NCBI RefSeq assembly: GCF_963921235.1
Contig: NC_086097.1
Span: 249,614,001-249,678,000 of the forward strand
Direction of reading: 5' to 3'
DNA length: 64,000 nucleotides
Origin: Mobula hypostoma
Lineage: Eukaryota
The notes beneath the pieces were generated by a model. That model searched no databases. It worked only from the letters and a program-made list of their open reading frames with translations, and was not told the origin of the DNA. This document shows positions 1 to 12,685 of the stretch, piece by piece (within the stretch, counting starts at the first letter, position 1; each line of letters begins with the position of its first letter). The position numbers and the translations under genes are program-made.

Positions 1-1765
1 ACAAATCCATGCTGACTTTGTGATGATTTCACCGCTTTCCAAATGTGCTGTTATCACATCTTTGATAACTGACTCCAGCAGTTTCCCCACCACCGATGTT
101 AGGCTAACCAGTCTATAATTCCCCGGTTTCTCTCTCCCTTTTTTTAAAAAGTGAGGTTACATTAGCCACCCTCCAATCCTCAGGAACTAGTCCAGAATCT
201 AAACAGTTTTGAAAAATTATCACTAATGCATCCACTATTTCTTGGGCTACTTCCTTAAGCACTCTGGGATGCAGACCATCTGGCCCTGGGGATTTATCTA
301 CCTTTAATCCCTTCAATTTACCTAACACCACTTCCCTACTAACATGTATTTCCCTCAGTTCCTCCATCTCACTGGACCCTCTGTCCCCTACTATTTCCAG
401 AAGATTATTTATGTCCTCCTTAGTGAAGACAGAACCAAAGTAGTTATTCAATTGGTCTGCCATGTCCTTGCTCCCCATAATCAATTCACCTGTTTCTGTC
501 TATAGGGGACCTACATTTGTCTTAACCAATCTTTTTCTTTTCACATATCTATAAAAGCTTTTACAGTCAGTTTTTATGTTCCCTGCCAGTTTTCTCTCAA
601 TCTTTTTTCCCTTTCCTAATTAAGCCGTTTGTCCTCCTCTGCTGGACTCTGAATTTCTCCCAGTCGTCAGGTGAGCCACTTTTTCTGGCTAATTTATATG
701 CTTCTTCTTTGGAATTGATACTATCCCTAATTTCCCTTGTCAGCCATGGGTGCACTACCTTCCCTGATTTATTCTTTTGCCAAACTGGGATGAACAATTG
801 TTGTAGTTCATCCATGCGATCTTTAAATGCTTGCCATTGCATATCCACCATCAACCCTTTAAGTGTCATTTGCCAGTCTATCTTAGCTAATTCACATCTC
901 ATACCTTCAAAGTTACCCTTCTTTAAGTTCAGAACCTTTGTTTCTGAATTAACTATGTCACTCTCCATCTTAATAAAGAATTCCACCATATTATGGTCAC
1001 TCTTACCCAAGGGGCCTCTCATGACAAGATTGCTAATTAACCCTTCCTCATTGCTCAATACCCAGTCTAGAATAGCCTGCTCTCTAGTTGGTTCCTCGAC
1101 ATGTTGGTTCAAAAAACCATCCCGCATACATTCCAAGAAATCCTCTTCCTCAGCACCCTTACCAATTTCATTCACCCAATCTATATGTAGATTGAAGTCA
1201 CCCATTATAACTGCTGTTCCTTTATTGCACGCATTTCTAATTTCCTGTTTAATACCATCCCCAACCTCACTACTACTGTTAGGTGACCTGTACACAACTC
1301 CCAACAGTGTTTTCTGCCCCCTAGTGTTATGCAGCTCTACCCATATCGATTTCACATCCTCCCGGCTAATGTCCTTCCTTTCTATTGCGTTAATCTCCTC
1401 TCTAACCAGCAATGCTACCCCAACTCCTTTTCTTTCCTGTCTATCCCTCCTGAATATTGAATATCCCTGAATGTTGAGCTCCCATCCTTGGTTACCCTGG
1501 AGCCATGTCTCTGTGATCCCAACTATATCATATAAATTAATAACAATCTGCACTTTTAATTCATCCACCTTGTTACCAATGCTCCTTGCATTGACACACA
1601 AAGCCTTCAGGCTCGCTTTTACAACACTCTTAGCCCTTATACAATTATGCTGAAAAGTGGCCCTTTTTGATTTTTGCCCTGGATATGCCTGCCTGCCACT
1701 TTTACTTTTCACCTTACTACTTTTTGCTTCTACCCTCACTTTACACCCCTCTGCCTCTCTGCACT
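1..1765 (-). mobile_element. CR1 LINE fragment (ORF2 APE endonuclease plus start of RT, disrupted)
   Basis: ORF 597..1811 has APE motifs (NARSI, ITETWL, GVVYR, MGDFN, LDWVL, SDHNM). ORF 113..484 has the CR1 linker (FGSVFT, KSPGPDGLHPRVLKE, PEDWRVANV). Confidence 0.95.
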
Positions 1766-1879
1766 TGAATCTTGAAGTGGATGGGCTACAGCAACAGGAG
1801 ACCACAAACATGCACTCCTAATAAAGTGTCCACTGTGTATATACTTTGATAATAAATTTACTTTGAACTTTGAAGAGTC

Positions 1880-2270
1880 ATCAACAGATGACAGAATTCC
1901 ATATGAAACTCAAAAGCAATTTAGTCAAACCCAAAACCAAAGACTTGAAATCAATTAAGCAAACTACCAATACATGAGTTACTGCCTAGCTATGGTACAC
2001 TGGGAAACTTCATTAAAAGATATGATGATAAGCAAACAATGACTAGAATATGAAGTACAAAGAAATTAAATCTCCAAGGCAAAAGCTGGAAAAATGGTCC
2101 AGCTTTGGTTATCAACAGAAATAAACAACAGTATTACATCAAAGGAAAATACTTGTAATGCTGCCAAACAAAGCACTCCAAAACTTTTGGAAGACCCTGG
2201 CACAGAATGTAGAATATGAGAGAAATCTGGTGACGAAAGAAAAAACTGCAAAAGCTTCTGTGTAAATAGG
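1880..2270 (+). mobile_element. Old degenerate CR1 ORF2 fragment
   Basis: Manual translation gives MVQLWLSTEINNSITSKE...KNCKSF, resembling the CR1 post-endonuclease region, with stops. Confidence 0.55.
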
Positions 2271-2385
2271 ATTTGCAGGGAAGTCATCTAAATGGGAATG
2301 CAAAAAGTGACTCTTTCGTGATATGTTGCGCTTCATGGTTTTGTATGCTTGAAGCATGTTGTCAACCAGCTGCAAGTAGCTGCCA
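2271..2385 (-). mobile_element. DNA-transposon transposase fragment (probably Chapaev3/CMC-type)
   Basis: Peptide YLQLVDNMLQAYKTMKRNISRKSHFLHSHLDDFPAN resembles the conserved MSLKIHFLHSHLDFFP motif. Family assignment is from memory. Confidence 0.6.
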
Positions 2386-2403
2386 GAAAACTTACATCCT
2401 TGC

Positions 2404-3830
2404 CACACACACAAAATGCTGGAGGAACTCAGCAGGACAGCAGCATCTAGGATGACGATTCGGGCCAAAACCCTTCGGCAGGGTAACTGTTGAACTCCTC
2501 CAGCATTTTGTGTGTGTTGTGTGGCCTCATCACAACAGTTGAGGAGTCCATGGATAGACATATCAGAATGGGAATGAGAATGGGTAGCCACTGGGAGATC
2601 CCAATTCTTCTGGCGGACAGAGCATAGGCACTTGGCAAGGCACCAAAATACAGAAGGCCACACCGGGAGCACCGGACACAGTACATGACCCCAACAGACT
2701 CATCCTAAGAGCAGATGCAGCACAGATGGAGGAATTGAGAGAAGGGGTTGGCGTTTTTACAAAGATGGGAAGAGGTATAGCCCAGCTAGCTGTGAGAGTT
2801 CGTGGGTTTGTAATAGGTATCAGTAGATAAACTGTCTCTAGAGAGAGAGGGAGACCAAGAGATCAAGAAAGAGGAGAGAGGTGTTTGAAATGGACCAGGT
2901 TAAACTGAGGGCAGGGTCAGGATGAGGCTTTTCATTCTCTTCAAAGAAAGGGACTTCCCTTCCTCCACCATCAACGCTGCCCTCAACCGCATCTCTTCCA
3001 TTTCACGCACATCTGCTCTCACCCCACTCTCCCGCCACCCTCCCAGGGATAGGGTTCCTCTTGTCCTCACCTACCACCCCACCCACCTCCACATCCAGCA
3101 CATGATTCTAGGCAAATTCCGCCATTTCCAACGGGATACCACCACCAAGCACATCATTCCCTACACCCCCACTTCCTGCTTTCCACAGGAATCATTCCCT
3201 AGGTGACTCCCTTGTCCATTCCTCCCTCCCCATTGATCTCCCTCCTGCCTCTACACCTCCTCCCTAACTGCCATTCAGAGCCCCATATACTGTGTCTGGT
3301 GCTCCCGGTGCAGCCTCCTGTATATCGGTGAGACCTGATGTAGATTGGGAGACCACTTCACTTATATTCCGTCTGGGTAGCTTCCAACCTGATAGCATGA
3401 ATATTGATTTCTTGAACTTCTAGTAATGCCCCCACTTCACCTTTCTCCATCCTCTTTTCCCTCTCTCACTTTATCTCCTTGCCCACCCATCACCTCTGTC
3501 TGATGCTCCTACCCCTCTTTTCTTTCTTCCATGGCCTTCTGTTCTCTTCTATCAGACTCCCCCTTCTCCAGCCCTGTATCTCTTTCACCAATCACTTCCC
3601 CAGCTCTTTACTTCATCCCTCCCACTTCTGGTTTCACCTAACACCTTGTGTTTCTCTTTCCCTCCCCCACCTTTTAAATCTACTCCTCAGCGTTTTTTCT
3701 CCAGTCCTGCCAAAATGTTGACTGTACTTTTTTTATCCCCCATAGATGCTGCCTGGCCTGCTGAGTTGCTCCAATATTTTGCGTGTGTTGCTTGGATTTC
3801 CAACATCTGAAAATTTTCTCTTGTTTGTGA
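2404..3830. mobile_element. Rearranged Penelope-like element (pLTR hairpin, minus-strand GIY-YIG/RT pieces, plus-strand RT-GIY-YIG-pLTR)
   Basis: Peptides RVPLVLTYHP and YCVRCSRCGLLY. pLTR end tgctgcctggcctgctgagtt...tgtgttgcttggatttcc. Inverted pLTR pair at 2404-2518. Confidence 0.85.
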
Positions 3831-4396
3831 TTGGACTTCAACATCCTTAAATGCTTTCTGTGTGATTTTCTCCAGTCCCCCTAGAAGTTCTTCAAATTGC
3901 CTGTGATTGATGACCTATTTGATTCATGAACCAACAAATACACCTTCCTTAATCTTGGCATCAGTTATTCTGGGAAACATCTGTTTCAAATATCAAAATT
4001 CTTCACTGAAATTTTTGTGCCTGGTGATATCCTTGCAGTCTTGAACCCAGTAATTCTGCTTTTGCCTTTGACAAACGCAAACTTATTTAAACCCAAACCC
4101 AAACTCATTTAACTCGGATTGCACGATCAGATGAGGCACACTCAACATAATGGGTTCAAAGTCTGCCAGTACCATTTTTCATTCTTGGCTTGTGCATCCT
4201 GGCATCTTCATCTCCCTCCAGTAGACACCAGGTCTCTCTCTGGTGGCTTCAATACTGGAAGACTATCATCATGTGGTGCAGATCCCATGGCCGAAGGGAG
4301 ATGGGGTATTCACTGGATTTCTTGTTTTTAGCAGATAAACCAAACACACTGGTCAGGCAGAAGCATCAGTCTGCCACATGATCCTTCTGCTCTCAC

Positions 4397-4482
4397 CTTA
4401 TCATCCAGACAGTGAACGGCATTGACTTCCAAGTACCTCTGAGCCAAGCTCTAAGATCGACGCGCAGTCTTTAATTAGAGTA
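4397..4482 (-). other. Candidate spliced exon of a minus-strand host transcript (probably 5'UTR or first coding bases)
   Basis: Acceptor cttctactgtgtctgtgcag| and donor AAG|gtgaga in non-repetitive sequence. All frames contain stops; internal ATG gives MPFTVWMI. Confidence 0.3.
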
Positions 4483-4519
4483 CTGCACAGACACAGTAGA
4501 AGTGTCCCATGCAAGCCTG

Positions 4520-4980
4520 CCGAAGAGCTTTAAAAACTCAGTCTCCATTAAAGAGGGGTACCATTTGGCAGAGCGGTCATCGTGGGAGTGGTCTGTGTCG
4601 GAGTGGTAAGGCTTTGGCACAAGAGGGCTTCAGCGACTACAGGGGAGGCAAGAAAAGCAGGCAAGTTCATTCCTTATTTTGTTTTTCTGATTTAGCTTTT
4701 GAGAGAATAGGGGGCAGATCTACAGAGCCAGTATTCTGTTTTAGGTGTCAGGTGTGTGATTTCCAGAAGACTACCAGCCTCCCCAAAGGCCACATCTGTA
4801 GCAGGTACATCGAGATGCAACTCCTTAGAGATGGTGTTAAGGAACTGGAGGGGCAGCTTGATGACCTTTAACTTGTTAGGAGAAGTGAGGAGATGATAGA
4901 CAGCAGCTACAGAGACGTAGTCACCCCAAGGCTACAGGAGACAGATAAATGGGTGTCTGTCAAAAGAGGGAACGGAGAAT
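4520..4980 (+). mobile_element. CR1 5'UTR/ORF1 fragment (zinc finger and leucine zipper)
   Basis: CFRCQV...HICSRYIEMQLLRDGVKELEGQLDDL. Confidence 0.85.
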
Positions 4981-7900
4981 ATTGCATTTCATTTGCCACT
5001 TTCTTGCCCATCCTCCTCATCTGTCTAAGTCCTTCTGCAGCCTGTTTCCTCAACACTACCTGCCCCTCCACCAATCTTTGTATCATCTGTAAACTTCACT
5101 ACGAAGCCATCTATTCCATTATCTCTACTCCCTTTCTTGAATAATGGAACAACATTCGCAACCCTCCAATCCTCTGGAACCTCTCCCAACCCCATTGATG
5201 ATACAAAGATCATCACCAGAGGCTCAGCAATCTCCACCCTCACCTCCCACAGTAGCCTGGGGTACATCTTGTCCAGTCCTGGTGACTTATCCAACTTGAT
5301 GCTTTCCAAAAGCTCCAGCACATCCTCTTCCTTAATATCTATGTAAGGGGGTTTCGTCTTTTATGTTACTGCGTAGGCCAATTAAAATGGCTTCTTTGTT
5401 ATGTTAACTTGGGAATGCTTCTTTGTTACGTTAAACGCTGAGAAAGTTCTTGCGCTAGCAGCTTGTTTTGGGTTAGAGTGTGATAAGAATACGTTACGAA
5501 CCAATTGGGATAGTTGCTATGTTTTTGGTGTATTTGAAGATATTGTATGCGCGGGGTTTTGGGGGAGAAGGCGGGAGAGAGAGAGAGAGAGAGAGAGGAT
5601 GGACCAGGTGCTGTACAGGGTCGGACCCCAAGCAAGGCGTCCGGCGAGGAGAGGAGAGGAGACGGAGACGGACTCATGTAGAGCGTCTGGTCGACCACTG
5701 TTGTTGATCCCAGTCGGACGGTCGAGGTGGTCCGAGGGGTCGCAGGGTGAAGAGGGGTCCTGAGCTCCTACTGTTTGTGCACGAAGAGATTGAACTTTGA
5801 TAAGTGTGGCACCTTTCATTTTCTTTTTATATTTTATTCTCTATTAATTATATAGTTCCAGTAATATCTATAAACTGTAAATCATTTAATCATATCTGGT
5901 GTATTGTCTGTTATTTGGGTGGGGTGGGGTACATCACACAGCATCCACACAAACTTATTACCCAGTTTGCCAGGGCCGAGGGCTGTTTCCCTAGATGACA
6001 GCGAGCCGAGCGACCCTGAGGCTGGTCAGGGGGGCTACATCTACATGCTGAAGCTTTTCAGTTTGCTGCAAGTCATCCCTACGATCGCCAATATCCTTTG
6101 CTGTAGTGAATACTGAAGCAAAGTATTCATTAAGTACCTCTGCTGTCTCCTCCGGTTCCATACACACTTTTTTACTGTCACATTTGATTGGTGCTATTGT
6201 CTCACATCTTATCCTCTTGCTCTTCACATATTTGTACAATGTCTTGGGGTTTTCCTTAATCCTGTCCGCCAAGGCCTTCTCATGGCCCCTTCTGGCTCTC
6301 CTAATTTCTCTCTTAACTTCCTTCCTGCTAGCCTTATAATTTTCTAGATCTCCATCATAACCTAGTTTTTTGAACCTTTCATAAGCTCCTCTTTTCTTCT
6401 TAACTAGATTTACAACAGCCTTTGTACACCACAGTTCCTGAACCCTACCATCCTTTCCCTGTCTCATTAGAATGTACCTATGTGGAACTCCACACAAATA
6501 TCCCCTGAACATTTGCCACATTTCTTCCATAAACGGTATTTCCCCGAGAACATCTGTTCCCATTTTATACTTCCAAGTTCCTGCCTGAAAACCTCATATT
6601 TCCCCTTACTCCAGTTAAAACGCGTTCCTAGCTTGTCTTTTCCTATCCCTCTCCAATGCTATAGTAAAGGAGATAGCATTATGATCACTATCTCCAAAAT
6701 GCTCTCCCACTACGAGATCTGACACCTGACCAGGTTCATTTCCCAATACCAGATCAAGCACAGCCTCTCCTCTTGTAGGGATATCTACATATTGTGTCAA
6801 GAAGCCTTCCTGAACACACCTAACAAACTCCACCCCATCTAAACCCCTTGTTCTAGCGACATGCCAATCGATATTTGGGAAATTAAAATCTCCCACAACA
6901 ACCGTGTTATTATTACATCTTTCCAGAATCTGTCTCCCTATCTGCTCCTCGCTGTCCCTGTTACTATTGGATGGTCTATAAAAAACACCCAGTAGGGTTA
7001 TTGACCCCTTCCTGTTCCTAACTTCCATCCACAGAGACTCCGTAGACAATCCCTGCATATCTTCCTCCTTTTCTGTAGCCGTGACACTATCTCTGATCAA
7101 CAGTGCCTCTTTTGCCTCCCTCCCTGTCCTTTCTGAGACATCTAAAGCCTGGCACTCGAAGTAACCATTCCTGCCCCTGAGCCATCCAAGTATCTGTAAT
7201 GGCCAGAACATCATAGTTCCAAGCACTGATCCACACTCTACGCTCATCCGCTTTGTTCATAATGCTCTTTGCATTAGACAGACCTCAAACCATCGGTCTG
7301 AGCCCATCCCTTCTCTACCACCTGCCTATCCTCCCTCTCGCACTGTCTACAAGCTTTCTCTATTTGTGAGCCAACCGCCTCTTCCTCCATCTCTTCAGTT
7401 TGGTTCCCACCCTCCAGCAATCCTAGTTTAGACTCTCCCCAATAGCCTTAGCAAATCTCCCCGCCAGGATATTGGTCACTCTGGGATTCAAGTGCAACCT
7501 GTCCTTTTTGTACAGGTCACTCCTGCCCCAAAAGAGGTCCCAATGATTCAGAAATCTGAATCCCTGCCCCCTGCTCCAATTTCTCAGCTACGTATTATCA
7601 CTCCATTCCTATACTCACTGCCTTGTGGCACAGGCAGTAATCCTGCGATTACTACTTTTGTGATCCTGCTTCTCAACTTCCTTCCTCACTCCCTGTAGTC
7701 TGCTTTCAGGACCTCCTCCCTTTTCCTGCCTATGTCGTTGGTACCAATATGTACCATGACCTCTGGCTGTTCACCTTCCCACTTCAGGATAATGTGGACG
7801 CGATCCGAAACATCCCGGACCCTGGCACCTGGGAGGCAAACTACCATCCATGCTTCTTTCCTGCATCCACAGAATCGCCTGTCTGACCCCCTAACTATAG

Positions 7901-8540
7901 AGTCCCCAATCACTGTTGCCATCCTCTTCCTTTCCCTACCCTTCTGACACTGTGCCAGAGGTGTGGCCACTGTTGCTTCCCCCAGGCAGGCCGTTTCCCC
8001 CCCCCCCAACAGTACACAAACAGGAGTATTTATTGTCAAGGGGTACAGCCACGGGGTGCTCTCTAGTATCTGACTCTTACCCTTCCCTCTCCTGACTGTT
8101 ACCCATTTATCTGTCTCCCCAGGCCCCGGTGTGACTACCTGCCTATAGCTCCTCTCTATCATCTCCTCACTCTCCTTAACCAGACGAAGATCATCGAGCT
8201 GCATCTCCAGTTCCCTAACCCGGTCCCTAAGGAGCTGCAGCTCGACGCACCTGGTACAGATGTGGCCATCCGAGAGGCTGGGAGACTCCCAGACTTCCCA
8301 CATCTGACACTGAGCACAAAACACTAGCCTCACACACATTCTTCCAGTCTGTATTCTACACAGGCAACCTAACTTGTCTCGACCCGTTATTGCCAAAGCC
8401 CTGTTGAGACAAAGCCTTCCTACTCTCCCTTCCTCTACTCTGGCGCCCGCTCTATAATGCCGTCTCCTTTTAAACTCTTCTCGCTGTTCTCACTGGCTGA
8501 TGTCCACGCACTTGCGCAGTCATGCCCCGATCAAACCACT
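4981..8540 (-). mobile_element. CR1 LINE (5'UTR, ORF1 zinc finger and SGNH esterase, ORF2 APE and RT start), interrupted by a solo LTR
   Basis: ORF 7686..8396 has CAQC..HICTRC, VIGDSIVRG and HIGTNDI. ORF 6615..7247 has APE motifs. ORFs 5991..6563 and 5025..5321 encode the CR1 linker. Confidence 0.93.
5342..6039. mobile_element. Solo LTR (698 bp; Gypsy- or ERV-type)
   Basis: TGTA...TACA termini with a 4-bp TSD tcta (5338-5341 and 6040-6043). It splits a colinear CR1. Confidence 0.88.
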
Positions 8541-9230
8541 GAAGAAATAACTGTTCAGTGTAATTAAAAGTTACTTTCATCACTTGCATACCTAGAAAGG
8601 AGAAATTACTTACAGAATATGTAACTGCCAACAAAATTTCACAAATATTTGATGTGTGTTCACAAAAGACAAAAGTACTGGAGGATATCCACATCCCTGA
8701 TTAACCCTCGTCTCAGTTGCTGAGGTAGGATTTGAAATTGTCACCAGTGCTATGTCCCAAATACTAAACAGTTACTTAACCACTATGCTACCCTGTCATG
8801 TTGATCCACAGTGTGATCAGGGTACTTACACACTAATCACTGCCAGCCAACATTCACATCCAACAATGAATAAGTAATTGGCAATACGAGTAGAGATGCC
8901 TTGACCCATTTACAAATGGGTTCTGGTGAAACTTATTTGAAATATTGCATACAAAACTGTCAGATATTCAGGAGCGCATATCTTGCCAATCTCTCATGGT
9001 CCGAGAACATATCACACACAATCAGGAAAACTCAGCACCTCTACTTTCTGAGGAAGATAAAGAGAGCTGGACTATGAATCTCTATACTCACGCCCTTCTA
9101 CAGATATGCATTACAGAACACCCTAACAGGCTGCATCATTGCATGGTATGGAAACTGCATGCTGGTGGACAGAAAGGCTCTACCTGCCCAACACATCACT
9201 GGCATCAGCTCACTTCCCATCAAGGACATA

Positions 9231-10728
9231 CAGAGCCTATAAAAAAGTATTCACCCCCAAGGCAAGTTTATTGTTTTACAGCATTGGATTTAATTTGGTT
9301 TTTCTAACACTGATCAACAGAAAAAGACTCTTTTCTGTCAAAGTGAAAACAAATTTCTGCAAATTGATCTAAATTTATTACAATTATTAAACAAAATAAT
9401 CAATTGCATAATTACTCACCCACATCAAGTCAGTATTTAGTAGCTGCAACTTTGGCAGCAATTACAGTTTTGGGCCTGTGTGGATAGGTCTCTGGCAGCT
9501 TCACACATCTAAACACTGCAATTTTGCCCCGTTCTTCTTCAGAAAGCTGCTCAAGTTCTGTCATATTGCATGGGGATCGTGAATGAACAGCCTTTTTCAA
9601 GTCCAGACACAAATTCTCATTTGGATTGAGGTCTGGACTCTGTCTTGGCCATCCAGGCTTTATGCTTGGGGTCATTATCTTGCTGGAAAACAAATCTTCT
9701 CCCAAGTCACAATTCTCTTGCAGACTACATCAGGTTTTCCTTCAGGATTTCCCTGTATTTTGCAGTATTCATTTTACCCTCTACCTTCACAAGCCTTCCA
9801 TGGCCTGCTGCAGTGAATCATCCCCACAGCATGATGCAGCCATTACCAAGCTTCACCGTACAGATGGTTTGTTTTTGATAATGTGCAGTGTTTAGTCTAT
9901 TAGTCAAAAAGCTAGATTTTGGTTTCATCAGACCATAGAACATCCTTCCAGCTGATTTCAGAGGTCTCCCACATGCCTTCTGGCAAACCCTAGCCAAGAT
10001 TTCATGTGAGTTTCTTTCAACAGTGGCTTTCTCTTTGCCACTCTCCCATAAAGTTGAGACTGGTGAAGTACCCAGTCAACAGTTGTTGTATGTGCAGTCT
10101 CTCCCATCTCAGCCACTGAAACTAGTGACTCCTCCAGTTGTTATAGGTCTCACTAGTCCCTTTCTTGCACAGTCACACAGTTTTTGACTACGGCCTAGCT
10201 CTAGGCAGATTTACAGCTGTGCCATATTTTTTCTATTTCTTGATGATTGCTTAGCTAAACTCCAAGGGATATTCAGTGACCTGGAAATTTTCTTGTATAC
10301 ATCTTCTGACGTGCTTTTCAATAACCTTTTCGTGGAGCTGCTTTTGTCTTCATGGTGCAGTTTTTGCCAGGATACTGACTCACCATCGGCTGGACCTTCC
10401 AGAAACAGGGGTATTTTTACTACAATCAATTGGAACTCCTTGACTGCTCACAGGTGATCTCCATTTAACTAACTTATGACTTCTAAAATCAATTGGCTGC
10501 ACCAGTGATGATTTTGTGTGTTGTATTGAAGGGGATGAATACTTATGCAATCAATTATTTTGTTTTATATTTGTGATTATATCACTTTGTAGAGATCCGT
10601 TTTCACTTTGACACGAGTCTTTTTCTGTTTGTCAGTGTCAGAAAAGGCCAAATTAAATCCCTCAATGCTGTAAAACAGTAAAACATGAAAACTTCCAAAG
10701 AGGGGATGAATACTTTTTATAGGCACTG
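9231..10728 (-). mobile_element. Tc1 DNA transposon (long-TIR type, degenerate transposase)
   Basis: TIRs cagagcctataaaaaagtattcacccc / ggggatgaatactttttataggcactg flanked by TA. Peptides WPRQSPDLNPNENL and YKKISRSLNIPWS. Confidence 0.92.
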
Positions 10729-10919
10729 TATGTGCAGAAAGCTGCCAGAAAAGGTCCAGTCATGTCATAAAGGATCTCACCATTCCTGCCATTTGTACCA
10801 TTCCCAACAGGAGGCGGCTGCGTGGCATCCACGACCGAAACACCAGATTCAAAAAGTCAACACACATCAAAGTTGCTGGTGAACGCAGCAGGCCAGGCAG
10901 CATCTATAGGAAGAGGTAC

Positions 10920-10955
10920 AGTCGAAGTTTCAGGCCGAGACCCTTCGTCAGGACT
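10920..10955 (-). ncRNA. Minimal hammerhead ribozyme motif in a Penelope pLTR (helix III mutated)
   Basis: Minus strand AGTC-CTGACGA-AGGGTCTCGGCCT-GAAA-CTTC-GACT. Confidence 0.7.
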
Positions 10956-12649
10956 AACTGAAGGAAGAGCTAGTAAGAGATTTGAAAGTGGGAGGGGGAG
11001 GGGGAGGGGGAGGGGGAGGGGGAGATCCGAAATGATAGGAGAAGACAGGAGGGGGAGGGATGGAGCCAAGAGCTGGACAGGTAATTGGCAAAAGGGATAT
11101 GAGAGGATCATGGGACAGGAGACCCAGGGAGAAGGAAAAGTCCTTACTCTTAATAATTTCTCCTTTGGCTCCTCCCACTTCCTCCAAACTAAAGTTATAG
11201 CTATGGGCACCCGCGTGGGTCCGAGCTCTGCCTGACTTTTTGCTGGCTTTGTGGAACAATCTATGTTCCGAACCTATTCTGGTATCTGTCCCCCACTTTT
11301 CCTTCGCTACATCGACGACTGCATTGGCACTGCTTCCTGCACGCATGCAGAGCTCGTTGACTTAATTAACTTTGCCTCCAACTTTCACCCTGCCCTCAAG
11401 TTTACCTGGTCCATTTCCGACAACTCCCTTCCCTTTCTAGATCTTTCTGTCTATCTCTGGAGACAGTTTATCTACTGATGTCTACTATAAGCCTACTGAC
11501 TCTCACAGCTATCTGGACTATCCCTCTTCTCACCCTGTCTCTTGCAAAAATGCCATCCCCTTCTCACAATTCCTCCGTCTCCGCCGCATCTGCTCTCAGG
11601 ATGAGGCTTTTCATTCCAGGACGACCGAGATGTCCTCCTTTTTTAAAGAAAGGGGCTTCCTTTCCTCCACCATCAACTCTGCTCTCAAACGCATCTCCCC
11701 CATTTCATGCACATCTGCGCTCACTCCATCCTCCCGCCACCCCACTAGGAATAGGGTTCCCCTGGTCCTCACCTACCACCCCACCAGCCTCTGGGTCCAA
11801 CATATAATTCTTCGTAACTGCCACCTCCAACAGGATCCCACCACTAAGCACATCTTTCCCTCTCCCCCACCCCCGCTTTCCGCAGGGATCGCTCCCTACG
11901 CGACTCCCTTGTCCATTCGTTCCTCCCCACTGATCTCCCTCCTGGCACTTATCCTTGTAAGCAGAACAAGTGCTACACATGCCCTTACACTTCCTCCCTT
12001 ACCACCATTCAGGGCCCCAGACAGTCCTTCCAGGTGAGGTGACACTTCACCTGTGAGCCGGCTGGGGTGATATACTGCGTCCAGTGCTCCCGATGTGGCC
12101 TTCTATATATTGGCGAGACCCGACGCAGACTGGGAGATTGTTTTGCTGAACACCTATGCTCTGTCCGCCAGAGAAAGCAGGATCTCCCAGTGGCCACACA
12201 TTTTAATTCCACATCCCATTCCCATTCTGACGTGTCTATCCACAGCCTCCTCTACTGTCAAGATGAAGCCACACTCAGGTTGGAGTACCTCATATTCCGT
12301 CTGGGTAGCCTCCAACCTGATGGCACGAACACTGATTTCTCTAACTTCCGCTAATGCCCCACCTCCCCCTCGTACTCCATCCATTATTTATTTTTATACA
12401 CACATTCTTTCTCTCTCTCTCCTTTTTCTCCCTCTGTCCCTCTCACTATACCCCTTGCCCATCCTCTGGGTTCCCCCCCACCTTTTCCTTCTCCCTGGGC
12501 CTCCTGTCCCATGATCCTCTCATATCCCTTTTGCCAATCACCTGTCCAGCTCTTGGCTCCATCCCCCCCCCCTCCTGTCTTCTCCTATCATTTTGGACCT
12601 CCCCCTCCCCATCCCACTTTCAAATCTCTTACTAGCTCTTCCTTCAGTT

Positions 12650-12685
12650 AGTCCTGACGAAGGGTCTCAGCCTGAAACATTAACT
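12650..12685 (+). ncRNA. Minimal hammerhead ribozyme motif in a Penelope pLTR (degenerate)
   Basis: AGTC-CTGACGA-AGGGTCTCAGCCT-GAAA-CATT-AACT. Confidence 0.65.

Noticed and set aside
709..1470. 253-aa plus-strand ORF and similar antisense ORFs
   Set aside because: These are shadow frames opposite CR1, Rex1 and Penelope coding sequence.
4397..4405. TGA-TAA ending as a possible C-terminal selenocysteine
   Set aside because: There is no selenoprotein similarity and I found no SECIS element.
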